From Gemmatimonadota bacterium (lineage in GTDB: Bacteria > Gemmatimonadota > Gemmatimonadetes > Gemmatimonadales > GWC2-71-9): a DNA stretch of 64,000 nucleotides. Location of the stretch: the NCBI GenBank assembly GCA_016720805.1, contig JADKJZ010000014.1:516904-580903 (forward strand), in the 5' to 3' direction. The position numbers and the translations under genes are program-made. Below are positions 10,101 through 17,942 of the stretch, one piece after another; position 1 is the first letter of the stretch, and every line of letters begins with the position of its first letter. The notes below the pieces were generated by a model that saw only the letters and a program-made list of their open reading frames with translations, did no database searches and was not told where the DNA came from.

Positions 10101-11475
10101 CGGTGACAACGCCGGGACGACCGCGTGGACCGCGGCGAAGCGGAAGAGCTGGACCACGATCACGACCGGCAGCGGCACCGGCACCGGCACCGCGGCCTGG
10201 ACGCGCAGCACCGCAGGCCTCACGGCGGGCACCTACGTCGACACCATCACCGTGACGGTCGCCGGCCTCGCGCCGCAGCGCGTCATCGACACGTTGCGGA
10301 TCACCGCCGCACCGGTTGCGCTCACCCTGGCGGTGGCGCCTGGTTCGCGGAGCACGACTGCGGCCGCCGGTGCCCCGGCCAGCGGCGACAACGCTGCCGT
10401 GACGTTGAGCGGCGACAACGCCGGCGCCACCCCGTGGACCGCGACCAAGCGGAAGAGCTGGACGACCCTGACCACTGCGGGCGGCACCGGCAGCGGTTCG
10501 GTCGTGTGGACCCGGAACACGGCCGGCCTCAGCGCCGGTACCTATGTCGACACCATCACCGTGGCGGCGTCGGGCCTGTCGCCGCAGCGCGTGATCGACA
10601 CCTTGCGCATCACGTCGGCGCCGGTGCCCGTGACGGTCGCCGTCTCCCCCGGGGGACGTCGGGTCACGGTGACGCGCGGCAACAACGCGGCGAGTGCCAC
10701 CGCGAGCGTCACGCTGGTCGGTACCGACGCCGGCAGCACGGCGTGGCTGGCCACTCGGCGTCGGAGCCAGACGTCGTTCACGACCAGCAGCGGCGTCGGC
10801 AGCGGGACGGTGGCCTGGAACCGGAACACCAGCGCGCTCACCGCCGGCACCTACGTCGACACGATCACCGTGACCGCCGGAGCAGCCACGGCGCGGTTGA
10901 TCGACACGGTGGTGGTGACCACCCCGACCACCGCGACAATCCTCCTGCTGCCGAAGGGCAAGAAGTCGCGCTACCTCACGCAGGCTGGCCGGGCGAACGC
11001 CTTCGCCTCGACGCGTGACTCCGCCCTGGTCGAGGGCGAGGTGATCGAAGGGCAGAGCGACCAGTGGACCGCCGTCATTGGCGGGACAGGCCTCACCGTG
11101 CTCTCCCCGGTCGGTCGGTTGGGGGAATATGTGTACTGGGAGCGGCGGAGCGCGGCGTCCAACGCCGGGTTGTATGTCGACACCGTTCGGGTGCAGTTGG
11201 TTGGGTCTGCCGGTCTCGAGGCGACCTTCGTCGACTCCCTCGAGGTCGTGACGGTGGAAGTGCCCGCCGTCGGGTTGGCCGTGGACGAGCTGGTCCGCGG
11301 TGGGCAGTTGAACAACGACCAGCGCCTGCTCTTCGACAGCGAAGGCAATCGCAACGGTTACTTCGATCTCGGCGACTTCCTCGCCTGGGTCGATCGCGAC
11401 CGGATCCGGCTCTCGCCGTCTCAGGTGGCGAAGCTGCAGTCCATTCCGATCACGCCCGTTCGACCGCGGTCGTAG
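7198..11475 (+). CDS. Secreted subtilisin-like (S8) serine protease with 8-9 tandem 103-aa beta-sandwich-like repeats and a dockerin/EF-hand-like C-terminus
   Basis: Signal peptide MNRPSQILRLASLLIALAATALPGQG, then an I9-like propeptide. Catalytic motifs VMDSGID, HGTHIAG and GTSMAAPHV are present. The repeats run 8458-10923. The tail reads DSEGNRNGYFDLGDFLAWVDR. Confidence 0.85.
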   Translation: MNRPSQILRLASLLIALAATALPGQGGARRVIITLRSSSGEAALRAPGSPPVTSTELSQISARLDRDLPTLVETGRAPFAGMLFAQVSAAEATRLASDPNVAMVEEDRLWSPADAVTALSSGDRWAALRSQPTDGADTTPWGVARVMAPEVWANGNRGAGVKVAVMDSGIDTGHSDLSVAGGYNAVTRVASGYGDDIGACNGHGTHIAGTIAALSNGSGVVGVAPDVQLYAIKVFQDVSGSCLAYTSNQIAGLNWAVSQGIRLVNVSIGGSSSFSYNAAIATAADQGTFLIAAAGNGGGAVLYPAAAPSAIAVAALDDSNLRASWSSFGPEVGFAAPGVNINSTMPGGGYGGKSGTSMAAPHVVGVAALILAAHPGLTLDGLRQKLRDGVLDVDAGGFDNNTGFGLVRAQPSLGGGSPPPPVPLAMSVSPLFRSTTATAGMAATGSSASVSLSGDNAGTTAWNATKRKNWTTLTTASGSGSGTVAWNRSTAGLTAGTYVDTITVSAAGVASQSIIDTLRITAAPVPLTMAVAPLFRSTVATAGTAAAGSSATITLSGDNAGTTAWTAAKRKSWTTLTTASGTGSGTVAWSRSTAGLVAGTYVDTITVSASGVAAQNIIDTLRITAAPVPLALAVSPLSRNATAQVGTAAPGDNATVTLTGDNAGTTPWTTSKRKSWTTLTTGSGTGSGTASWTRSTAGLSAGTYVDTITVTVAGLAPQSVIDTLRITAAPVALALAVSPRSRNTMAQVGTAASGDNAAVTLTGDNAGGTAWTAAKRKSWTTLTTSSGTGTGTAAWTRSTAGLTAGTYVDTITVTVAGLAPQSVIDTLHITAAPVPLALAVSPSSRNASAQVGTAAPGDNAGVTLTGDNAGTTAWTVAKRKSWTTLTTNSGTGNGTAAWTRSTAGLTAGTYVDTITVTVVGLAPQSVIDTLRITAAPVALALAVTPSSRNVATQVGTEAPSDNAAVSLTGDNAGTTAWTAAKRKSWTTITTGSGTGTGTAAWTRSTAGLTAGTYVDTITVTVAGLAPQRVIDTLRITAAPVALTLAVAPGSRSTTAAAGAPASGDNAAVTLSGDNAGATPWTATKRKSWTTLTTAGGTGSGSVVWTRNTAGLSAGTYVDTITVAASGLSPQRVIDTLRITSAPVPVTVAVSPGGRRVTVTRGNNAASATASVTLVGTDAGSTAWLATRRRSQTSFTTSSGVGSGTVAWNRNTSALTAGTYVDTITVTAGAATARLIDTVVVTTPTTATILLLPKGKKSRYLTQAGRANAFASTRDSALVEGEVIEGQSDQWTAVIGGTGLTVLSPVGRLGEYVYWERRSAASNAGLYVDTVRVQLVGSAGLEATFVDSLEVVTVEVPAVGLAVDELVRGGQLNNDQRLLFDSEGNRNGYFDLGDFLAWVDRDRIRLSPSQVAKLQSIPITPVRPRS
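8458..10923 (+). repeat. In-frame tandem repeat with 309-bp period, 8 copies (plus a degenerate 9th downstream)
   Basis: Each copy begins PVPL/PVAL and ends DTLRITAA. Copies start at 8458, 8767, 9076, 9385, 9694, 10003, 10312 and 10621. Antisense ORFs in the track also show the 309-nt periodicity. Confidence 0.9.
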
Positions 11476-11496
11476 CGCCACGAACCGTCATGGCAG

Positions 11497-11532
11497 ATGG
11501 GGCCGCCGATCTTCCAAGATCGGCGGCCCCAT
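11497..11532. terminator. Perfect inverted repeat (bidirectional terminator candidate) between convergent genes
   Basis: The sequence is ATGGGGCCGCCGATCTT-cc-AAGATCGGCGGCCCCAT. It lies between the protease stop (11475) and the stop of the convergent gene (11565). Confidence 0.6.
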
Positions 11533-11564
11533 TCGCATGCTGGTTGCCCGAGGGTGCTGGTCGG

Positions 11565-12611
11565 TCAGCCGCTGACCGGTCCGAGCCGGGCCGCCTCGAT
11601 CGCGTGGTACATCTCCCACGCCGTCGCATGTGCGAGCCGCCAGCCGCGCCGAGTGCAGGCCGCACGCACCTGGCGGAGCGTCGTGTCGAGGTCGCCCCCC
11701 AGCATCGGGCCGGCGTTCTTCTCGATGGCCCCGTGGGTGAACAACTTCACGAAGACGTCGTTCCCGATGCGCGGCGCGGCGTTGAGCCAGCAGTCCGCCC
11801 GATCTGCCCCCGGCCGGGCATAGCCGGCCAGCTCGCCAACTTCCAGCGAGGGAAGCAGGCGCCACCGCGGGTGCGGCCGCATCGTGAGCGGCCCCTGCAC
11901 GCAGAGCAACGCGTCCGCCGGCGGCACGGCGCCGCATGTGACCAATGGGCCGCTGTCGTGCGACTTGGGGCGCTGCGGGTCATCGACGGCCCAGTAGATC
12001 GCATTGACGAGTGACGTCTGACACGGGTCCGGTGCCGAGGGCATGGTGAAGTCGGCGTAGCAGCCCAACTGGCGGAGCAAGGTCAATTCGTTGTTGAGTC
12101 CGCACCAGCGCCCATCGGGGCGCGAATTGTCCAGCGCCCAGTTGCCATGGATGAAGGCAAAGCCGGGACGCCCCTGCCAGTCATGCAACAGGCCGTGGGC
12201 GCCACGCAGGGTGTCGATGAAGCCGGTCATCCGGTCGAGGAACGCCTGCTCGCTTTCCCCGTCGTGATGCAGGTGCACCTCGACGTCGCCGAAGCCGCGG
12301 CGGGTGAGCCCCGCGAGACCCTCCAGCAGATCGGCGCGGTATTCCTCCTCCGGATAGAAGAAGGTCCACTGCGCGGGGCGTCCGCTGTCGTCCGGATGCG
12401 CCTCGGCGATGCGGGGCCACGCGGCCAGCCAGGCATCGACGCGCGTCGTCGCGACGGCGTCGCTCGCCTTCCCCCAATACGGCTCGTAGTGGTCGGCGAA
12501 CATCAGGTGCACCGTGATCGGGCGCGTCGGGTCGAATCGATGTGCGGCGTTCCGCCGGCGAGCCGACCACCACCCTGGCAGCCACCGCTGCGCTTCGCGG
12601 GGCAATTTCAT
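11565..12611 (-). CDS. Hypothetical protein, possibly polysaccharide deacetylase / glycoside-hydrolase-deacetylase barrel-like
   Basis: 348 aa. His/Asp-rich motifs (HLMFADHYEPYW, VHLHHDGE, FIHGNWALDN). It is the last gene of an EPS operon. The family assignment was not verified. Confidence 0.35.
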   Translation of the reverse strand: MKLPREAQRWLPGWWSARRRNAAHRFDPTRPITVHLMFADHYEPYWGKASDAVATTRVDAWLAAWPRIAEAHPDDSGRPAQWTFFYPEEEYRADLLEGLAGLTRRGFGDVEVHLHHDGESEQAFLDRMTGFIDTLRGAHGLLHDWQGRPGFAFIHGNWALDNSRPDGRWCGLNNELTLLRQLGCYADFTMPSAPDPCQTSLVNAIYWAVDDPQRPKSHDSGPLVTCGAVPPADALLCVQGPLTMRPHPRWRLLPSLEVGELAGYARPGADRADCWLNAAPRIGNDVFVKLFTHGAIEKNAGPMLGGDLDTTLRQVRAACTRRGWRLAHATAWEMYHAIEAARLGPVSG

Positions 12612-13759
12612 GATGCTGCTCCTGTGGCGCGGGCGGCCAGGGTTCGCTGCAGGATGGCGCGCACGGCGGCGACGGCCTCCTGCCGATCGGGGATGTGGCT
12701 GGAGTCGGCGCGGCGCGCGAGTGGTGGACCCTGCAGCGCATCCTCCAACGCAGCGGCAAGTGCCGGGACATCACCCGGGGGCACCACGCGCGAATTCGGC
12801 TCCAGCAGATCCGGAACGGCGCCCACCGCCGACGCGACGAACGGTGTGCCGCAGGCGAGACCCTCGATCAACACGTTGGGCACGCCCTCAGAGCGCGACG
12901 GGAGCACCACCACGTCGGCTGCGGCGTACCAGTCCCGCAGGGCGGCGTGACTCACGCTCCCGACCAGTTGGACCGAGTCGCCATAGCGGGCGGCCATCTG
13001 GGCCAGCTCGCCACGCTGCTCGCCATCGCCGGCGAGCACCAGGAGTGGCGCCGCCTTGCCGCGATGAATCAACGACCACGCCGCCAGCAGGACGTCCAGG
13101 CCCTTGACCGGCACCATGCGTCCGACCCAGAGCGCAATCGGCCGATCAAGCGGGAGCCCGAGGCGACGGCGGGCCGCCAGGCCGTCGGTCGGGGCGAAGC
13201 GCTGCCGGTCGACGCCGCGGGCGAAGGCATCGACCCGCTCGGGAGGCACACCAAGCGCCACCACGCTGTCGCGCAACGGCGCCCCGACGGCCAACACCCG
13301 ATCGGCCGCCAGCAGGGTCTCGACAATGATGGCACGGCGCGCCGGCTTGGCGGTCAGGATCAGGATGTCGGAGCCGCCGACCAGCAGCACACCTGGCACG
13401 CCGAATTCGCGGGCGACCTCGAGGGCAACGGTGCCATCGGGATGCGTCCAGTAGCCGAGCACGAGGTCGGGTTGCCACTCCTCGGTGATCGTGCGGGCAG
13501 CGGGAAGCACCGTCCGACGCATCCAGCGGTGATGCCGATGATGGCCGACCTTCGGTGGATACCACCAGAGCGGATGCGTCACGCCCTCGGCGGTGGTGCC
13601 GACGGCACGGCGTCGCAACCGGTCGGTCCAGGGAATCGGCGCCACGACGCGCACGTCGTCCCCGGCCAGATGCAGGCCGGTGACGAGTGCTGCGTTGAAG
13701 GTGCCCTTGTGCGGACCGTACGGCGTCGGATAGACACTGGTGACCAGAAGGATGCGCAT
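12608..13759 (-). CDS. Glycosyltransferase family 4
   Basis: MRILLVTSVYPTPYGPHKG.. N-terminus. C-terminal motif VLPSRSEGVPNVLIEGLACGTPFVASAVG. Confidence 0.85.
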   Translation of the reverse strand: MRILLVTSVYPTPYGPHKGTFNAALVTGLHLAGDDVRVVAPIPWTDRLRRRAVGTTAEGVTHPLWWYPPKVGHHRHHRWMRRTVLPAARTITEEWQPDLVLGYWTHPDGTVALEVAREFGVPGVLLVGGSDILILTAKPARRAIIVETLLAADRVLAVGAPLRDSVVALGVPPERVDAFARGVDRQRFAPTDGLAARRRLGLPLDRPIALWVGRMVPVKGLDVLLAAWSLIHRGKAAPLLVLAGDGEQRGELAQMAARYGDSVQLVGSVSHAALRDWYAAADVVVLPSRSEGVPNVLIEGLACGTPFVASAVGAVPDLLEPNSRVVPPGDVPALAAALEDALQGPPLARRADSSHIPDRQEAVAAVRAILQRTLAARATGAAS

Positions 13760-13762
13760 GCG

Positions 13763-15247
13763 TCAGCGGTCGGGGGGCACGGACGCGTCCGGAGTCGCCA
13801 GTATCCGACGACGACGTCCGCCGGTCGACGTGACGGGCTCTGGCGTCGACGACACCGGCGGTGGGGCCAGCGTGAACGGTGAGCCGAGGAGCGTCGCGGC
13901 GGCCAGGCCGAGGGCCATGTACATCATCGGGTAGTAGGCATTCGACAGGAACGAGCCGGTGACGAGGACGCCGGTGAGCATCGCCAGCATGTGTCCGGCC
14001 TGGACCTCGTGTTCGCTTGCATCCGCGCGCAACGAGCGGGCGGCGTTCGCGGCCTTGGCCATCTTCCGCAGGCCCGTGATCAGCGTGACGCAGAGCGCCA
14101 CGAAGGTGATCAGGCCCGCCACCCCGAGCTCCATGCCGACCTGGACCCACGAGGAGTGGGCCGCTCGATCCTGCTGGTTGAGCATGCCGAAGTAGGTCGG
14201 AAAGTTGGCGATGCCGTAGCCCCAGGGGCGCTTGATCATCCACACCATCCCCTGCTTCCAGAAGAAGATGCGACCGTCGTTGCCGAGGTTGTAGTCATCG
14301 CCACCGAAATCGGAGAAGCGATCACCGGCACCACTCTTCACGGCCATGTAGACGAAGCCACCCACGGCAACCGCCACCAGCCCCATGCTGAGTAATCGTC
14401 GCCACCCTCGAGCGCCGGCGCCTATCACGACCGCAGCGGCCGCGAGGAGGCCGAGCATTGAGCCGCGCGATTGCGTCGGGACGACCGCCATCACCATGAC
14501 ACCGGCGGCGCCGGTCCAGAACAGGCGTCGCCAGAAGGAGCCGACGGACAACCAGAGTGCGAGGGGAAAGGCGGCGACAACGATGGCGCCGAAGTCGTTG
14601 CTGTCCAGACCGATGCCGACGGTCGCCAACCGGCGAAGCTCGGGGCGCGCCGCGAGCACGTCGGGGTCGATCGGTTCGCCGTCCTCGTTGAGGATGAGCG
14701 CGTTCGGGTCGTAGGTGTGCAGCACGTTCGCGGACACCGCCGTCACCGACAGCACGAAGACCGCCGCCGCGATCCGCAGCGCCCGTCGGTCGCGCAGGAG
14801 CACCAGGCACGTCAGGAAGATCACGAACGAGATCAGGTAGCGTTGCCGCAGGAAGTCGAAGGAGCCCGACGGCCAGATGCCCAACGGCATGGTCACGACC
14901 ACGATGCCGAGCAGGACACACACCAGCCGCATCGGCTTCGAGCGTTCCCAGATCTGCTTCCACGCATCGGGGGGAATCGCCAGCGCGAGCATCCCCACGA
15001 AGATCAGCATCATGATCATCGGCCCCTTCGGGATCTCGAAGGCGGCGAAGACTTCCGGCAAACGCACCACGGCGTAGCCGAGGTAGAGTCCGACAAAGGG
15101 CGCCAGCGCCATTTCGCCACGGCCGGCGGTCGCCAGCGAGAAGCCGTCGAATCCGCGACGCGGGGCCTGGGCGGGGGCGGAGGTGGCGGCGCGGATCGAG
15201 CCGAGCAGATCCGCGGTCGACGTGTCGGGTGGAAAGGGCTTGCTCAC
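13763..15247 (-). CDS. O-antigen ligase / Wzy-like polymerase family membrane protein (exosortase-locus type)
   Basis: 494 aa and polytopic. Wzy_C-like core (VVPTQSRGSMLGLLAAAAVVIG) followed by a large loop. Sits in an exosortase locus. Confidence 0.75.
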   Translation of the reverse strand: MSKPFPPDTSTADLLGSIRAATSAPAQAPRRGFDGFSLATAGRGEMALAPFVGLYLGYAVVRLPEVFAAFEIPKGPMIMMLIFVGMLALAIPPDAWKQIWERSKPMRLVCVLLGIVVVTMPLGIWPSGSFDFLRQRYLISFVIFLTCLVLLRDRRALRIAAAVFVLSVTAVSANVLHTYDPNALILNEDGEPIDPDVLAARPELRRLATVGIGLDSNDFGAIVVAAFPLALWLSVGSFWRRLFWTGAAGVMVMAVVPTQSRGSMLGLLAAAAVVIGAGARGWRRLLSMGLVAVAVGGFVYMAVKSGAGDRFSDFGGDDYNLGNDGRIFFWKQGMVWMIKRPWGYGIANFPTYFGMLNQQDRAAHSSWVQVGMELGVAGLITFVALCVTLITGLRKMAKAANAARSLRADASEHEVQAGHMLAMLTGVLVTGSFLSNAYYPMMYMALGLAAATLLGSPFTLAPPPVSSTPEPVTSTGGRRRRILATPDASVPPDR

Positions 15248-16614
15248 GGTGCCTCGGGGCGGGATGCGAGGCGGTTGATCACCACCTGGAGCTTGCCGGC
15301 CGCGGTCAGGGGAATGTCGGCGACCAGCTCGATTTCGAGGATCAGCGATGGCGCGACGGCGGTCAACTCGCGGCGAATCCAGGCGTCATCCGCCGCGCTC
15401 CAAGTGGGCGCCACGAGTCGCAGCTGCACATGGGTCAGCCGTTCCTGCACCACCTGGAAGCGCTGGACCGCCGGCAACTCCTTCAGCAGGTGCGGGAAAA
15501 ACTCCCCTGGCAGTCGGCCTCCGTCGGGCGTCTGCAGCACATCCAGTTGCCGACCGACGATCGCCGCGAGCAGCGGCAGGCCACGGCCGCAGCCGCAACT
15601 GCCGGCCTGCAAGACAGCACGATCGCCGTTCGCGTAGCGAATGAAGGGCATCCCGCGGTTCGTCAGGTCGGTGACGACGACGTTCCCTTCGACCCCTGCC
15701 GCGACCGGGCGTCCGGCATCGTCGAGCACTTCGAGCAGCAGGTGCTCGGTGGTCATGTGCAAGCCCTGATGTGCCGAGCACTCCGCGCCCATCAGCATGA
15801 ATTCGCGCGAGCCGTACGTCTCGAAGACCGGCGCACGGAAGACCCGCTCGATCACGGTGCGCTGGAAACTGTGCAACTTCTCCGCGCCGACCACGATCGC
15901 GCCCGGCGCGTACGGCACCAGCCCGCGTGCCTCGAGCAGGCGGGCGAAGCTGTACAGCGCACCGGTGTAGCCGACGATGGCATCGGGCCGGTTGCGCGCC
16001 AGCGACTGGTGGAGTCGCGGCACCTCGGCTTCGGTGAGGTCGAAACTGCTCTCGGTGGTCCGGCGATAGAGCGCATCGTACAGCTGGAGCTTCCGCCGCC
16101 GCTGGGCCCCGGCCGCGCGCGGCGGGGCGCCCCAGAGATACCACTGGCGGGTGCCCGGCGCCGCGCCGGCCCACCCATAGCCGCGGTGCCACGCCGCCAT
16201 CCGGCGTTCGTTGCTGTCGGGGTCGAGGTCGAACTGGAGTGGCACCCCGCTCGATCCGCCCGTCGCCTTGGTGATCAGCGTCGTGGCCGGGGTGCTCCGC
16301 ATGGCGATCCGATGCTGACGAATCGTCTCGCGGTCGAGGACCGGCCACCGATGGAAGTCGGTCGGGGTCTGCACGCTGGCGGGGTCGAGGCCCTGACTGG
16401 CCCATGCCTCCCGGTACCACGGCGAGTGTGCACCGGCATGCCGGAGCAACGCCTGGAGGCGCTCGAACTGGAGCGATTCCAATCGTTCGCGCGACCACCA
16501 CTGTGACGCCTCAAGCTCCCGCCAGTAGCGGAAGACCGGCCGGCGCTTGAACCCCTGCTCGTAGGCACGAATCCCGGCACGCCACAGCGACACGTCCAGT
16601 CGGGAGGCGGTCAC
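15244..16614 (-). CDS. Phenylacetate-CoA ligase / coenzyme F390 synthetase-like (CapK-type) adenylate-forming enzyme
   Basis: Motifs TKATGGSSGVPLQF, YGSREF and GKLQVV. A GTG start at 16614 is preferred because it gives a homolog-like N-terminus ending ..RYWRELEASQWW. The longer ATG at 16803 would engulf the promoter candidate. Confidence 0.75.
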   Translation of the reverse strand: MTASRLDVSLWRAGIRAYEQGFKRRPVFRYWRELEASQWWSRERLESLQFERLQALLRHAGAHSPWYREAWASQGLDPASVQTPTDFHRWPVLDRETIRQHRIAMRSTPATTLITKATGGSSGVPLQFDLDPDSNERRMAAWHRGYGWAGAAPGTRQWYLWGAPPRAAGAQRRRKLQLYDALYRRTTESSFDLTEAEVPRLHQSLARNRPDAIVGYTGALYSFARLLEARGLVPYAPGAIVVGAEKLHSFQRTVIERVFRAPVFETYGSREFMLMGAECSAHQGLHMTTEHLLLEVLDDAGRPVAAGVEGNVVVTDLTNRGMPFIRYANGDRAVLQAGSCGCGRGLPLLAAIVGRQLDVLQTPDGGRLPGEFFPHLLKELPAVQRFQVVQERLTHVQLRLVAPTWSAADDAWIRRELTAVAPSLILEIELVADIPLTAAGKLQVVINRLASRPEAP

Positions 16615-16706
16615 GGCCGCGCTCGGGGCATGACGTGGCGGCCGAGCGGGGGTACCGCGGCCTCGGGGTGTGGGGTTCGTCGGGTTGCCATCATCGAGGT
16701 GGAGGA

Positions 16707-16721
16707 GCAAGTTGTGAGCCA
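16707..16721 (-). promoter_or_regulatory. Candidate sigma-54 promoter (minus strand TGGCTCACAACTTGC)
   Basis: The plus strand reads GCAAGTTGTGAGCCA. GG-N10-GC spacing is exact. It shares TTGGC..AACTTGCTC with the 22476-22490 site. It lies about 90 nt upstream of the GTG at 16614. Confidence 0.5.
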
Positions 16722-16872
16722 ATGAAAGGGACGCGCGCCACGAGTTGACGGGCACTTGGCGGCCCCGGCCCATGACTTGCTGACACCCGTTCGGTAGCCC
16801 CAAAGATAGGCACGACCCGGCTCCGAAACTGCGGCCGGCCGTACCGCTCCTTCAACCGCCCGAGGCCGTAGC

Positions 16873-17388
16873 ATGATGTCTGCCCCCGCACCGCTTTCCG
16901 CCCGCGCCCAGACGGTGATTGCCGCCGTGATCGCGGTCCTGGCCGTCGCCGCGCTTTCTCCCGTCGCCGATGCCATGGTCCCGGCCTTCCCGTTGGCGAC
17001 CGGAGAAGTGCGTTGGCGTTTCCAAGTCTTCGGGACCGTCCTCGCCGCGCTGCCGCAGCTTGCCCTGCTTCTGGCATCGATCGCCGGCCTCGGCACCCTT
17101 GCCGGCCACCGGGTGGCGGTCCGTGGCGCCTCGCTGGCCGCGCTACTGATCGCGGTCGTGGCGCTGGCATTGCTGCCCTTCTTCGGGCTCGACTTCATCG
17201 AGATGCGCCGGCTCGTCCCGATCGACCGCAAGGGCACCTTCGACATGGCGACCATGAAGACCGGGCTCTTCGGCGGCCTCTTCGTCCTGGCGCTGGCGTA
17301 CCTGGGCTGGATCGGGATTCCGGCGAGCACGAAGGAAAAGACCACCGAACGGAAGGAAGGGCAGGGACTGATCGTCGGCCAAGGCTGA
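16873..17388 (+). CDS. Small integral membrane protein (about 4 TM helices), unknown function
   Basis: 171 aa with four hydrophobic stretches and a charged C-terminal tail. Divergent from the EPS operon. Confidence 0.5.
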   Translation: MMSAPAPLSARAQTVIAAVIAVLAVAALSPVADAMVPAFPLATGEVRWRFQVFGTVLAALPQLALLLASIAGLGTLAGHRVAVRGASLAALLIAVVALALLPFFGLDFIEMRRLVPIDRKGTFDMATMKTGLFGGLFVLALAYLGWIGIPASTKEKTTERKEGQGLIVGQG

Positions 17389-17408
17389 CCGAGAGCGTCC
17401 GGCAGTGA

Positions 17409-17942
17409 CTACGGGGAGGCGTCGGTCGACGCCTCCCCGTCGTGCGTCCGGAGAATCCGCGCGGGCACCCCGCCCACGCTGACGCCCGAGGGGACGTCGC
17501 GCACCACCACCGCATTGGCACCGACCCGCACATCACTGCCGATCGTCACCGGGCCGACGATCTTCGCGCCTGCGCCGAGGAAGACGCGGTCGCCGAGCAC
17601 GGGAGACTGATCCTTCTCGGCGCCGATCGTCACCTGATGCTCGACGTAAATCCGGCTGCCGCCGCGCACGGCGCCATTGATCACCACGCCCTGGGAGTGA
17701 ATCAGCACGAAGCCCGGGCCAAAGGTGGCGCCACGACCAATGATGCACTGGCCGAACACGGCATTCACCTTGTTGCAGATCATCGTCAGCGGTGCCAGAT
17801 GGTGTCGATGCGACCAGGCCATCAGACGATAGCACGCCATGGCGAAGGTCCCGTCGGTGAGCAGCGCCTTCAGCAGGGTCGCCGGTCGCGTGTCGCCGTA
17901 GCACCATTCCGCCTTGCAGCGCAGATCCTCGAGAAAGATCAC
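17409..17942 (-). CDS. Hexapeptide-repeat (serine O-acetyltransferase-like) acetyltransferase
   Basis: 177 aa. Left-handed beta-helix repeats (IGRGATFGPGFVLIHSQGVVINGAV.., VFLGAGAKIVGPVTIGSDVRVGANAVV). Confidence 0.8.
   Translation of the reverse strand: MIFLEDLRCKAEWCYGDTRPATLLKALLTDGTFAMACYRLMAWSHRHHLAPLTMICNKVNAVFGQCIIGRGATFGPGFVLIHSQGVVINGAVRGGSRIYVEHQVTIGAEKDQSPVLGDRVFLGAGAKIVGPVTIGSDVRVGANAVVVRDVPSGVSVGGVPARILRTHDGEASTDASP
17413..17438. terminator. GC-rich perfect palindrome at a convergent gene junction
   Basis: The sequence is GGGGAGGCGTCG-gt-CGACGCCTCCCC. It overlaps the last codons of the acetyltransferase gene and lies 25 nt after the stop at 17388. Confidence 0.5.

Noticed and set aside
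8458-10923. Regular repeats that could be mistaken for a CRISPR or other non-coding array
   Set aside because: The period is 309 bp with no short direct repeats or spacers. All copies are in frame within the protease ORF and encode a conserved domain.
8632-11481. 949-aa antisense ORF opposite the protease gene, and similar long antisense ORFs (26498-28441, 29020-31008, 33713-35254, 62788-63990)
   Set aside because: These have an Arg/Gly/Pro/His-rich composition with no motifs, and each lies exactly opposite a well-supported gene. Such stop-poor antisense frames are typical of high-GC DNA.
13766-13867. The TPEPVTSTGGRRRR segment at the C-terminus of the O-antigen-ligase-like protein, considered as a possible PEP-CTERM signal
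   Set aside because: No hydrophobic helix follows the PEP motif, and the protein is a polytopic enzyme, so this is not a sorting domain.
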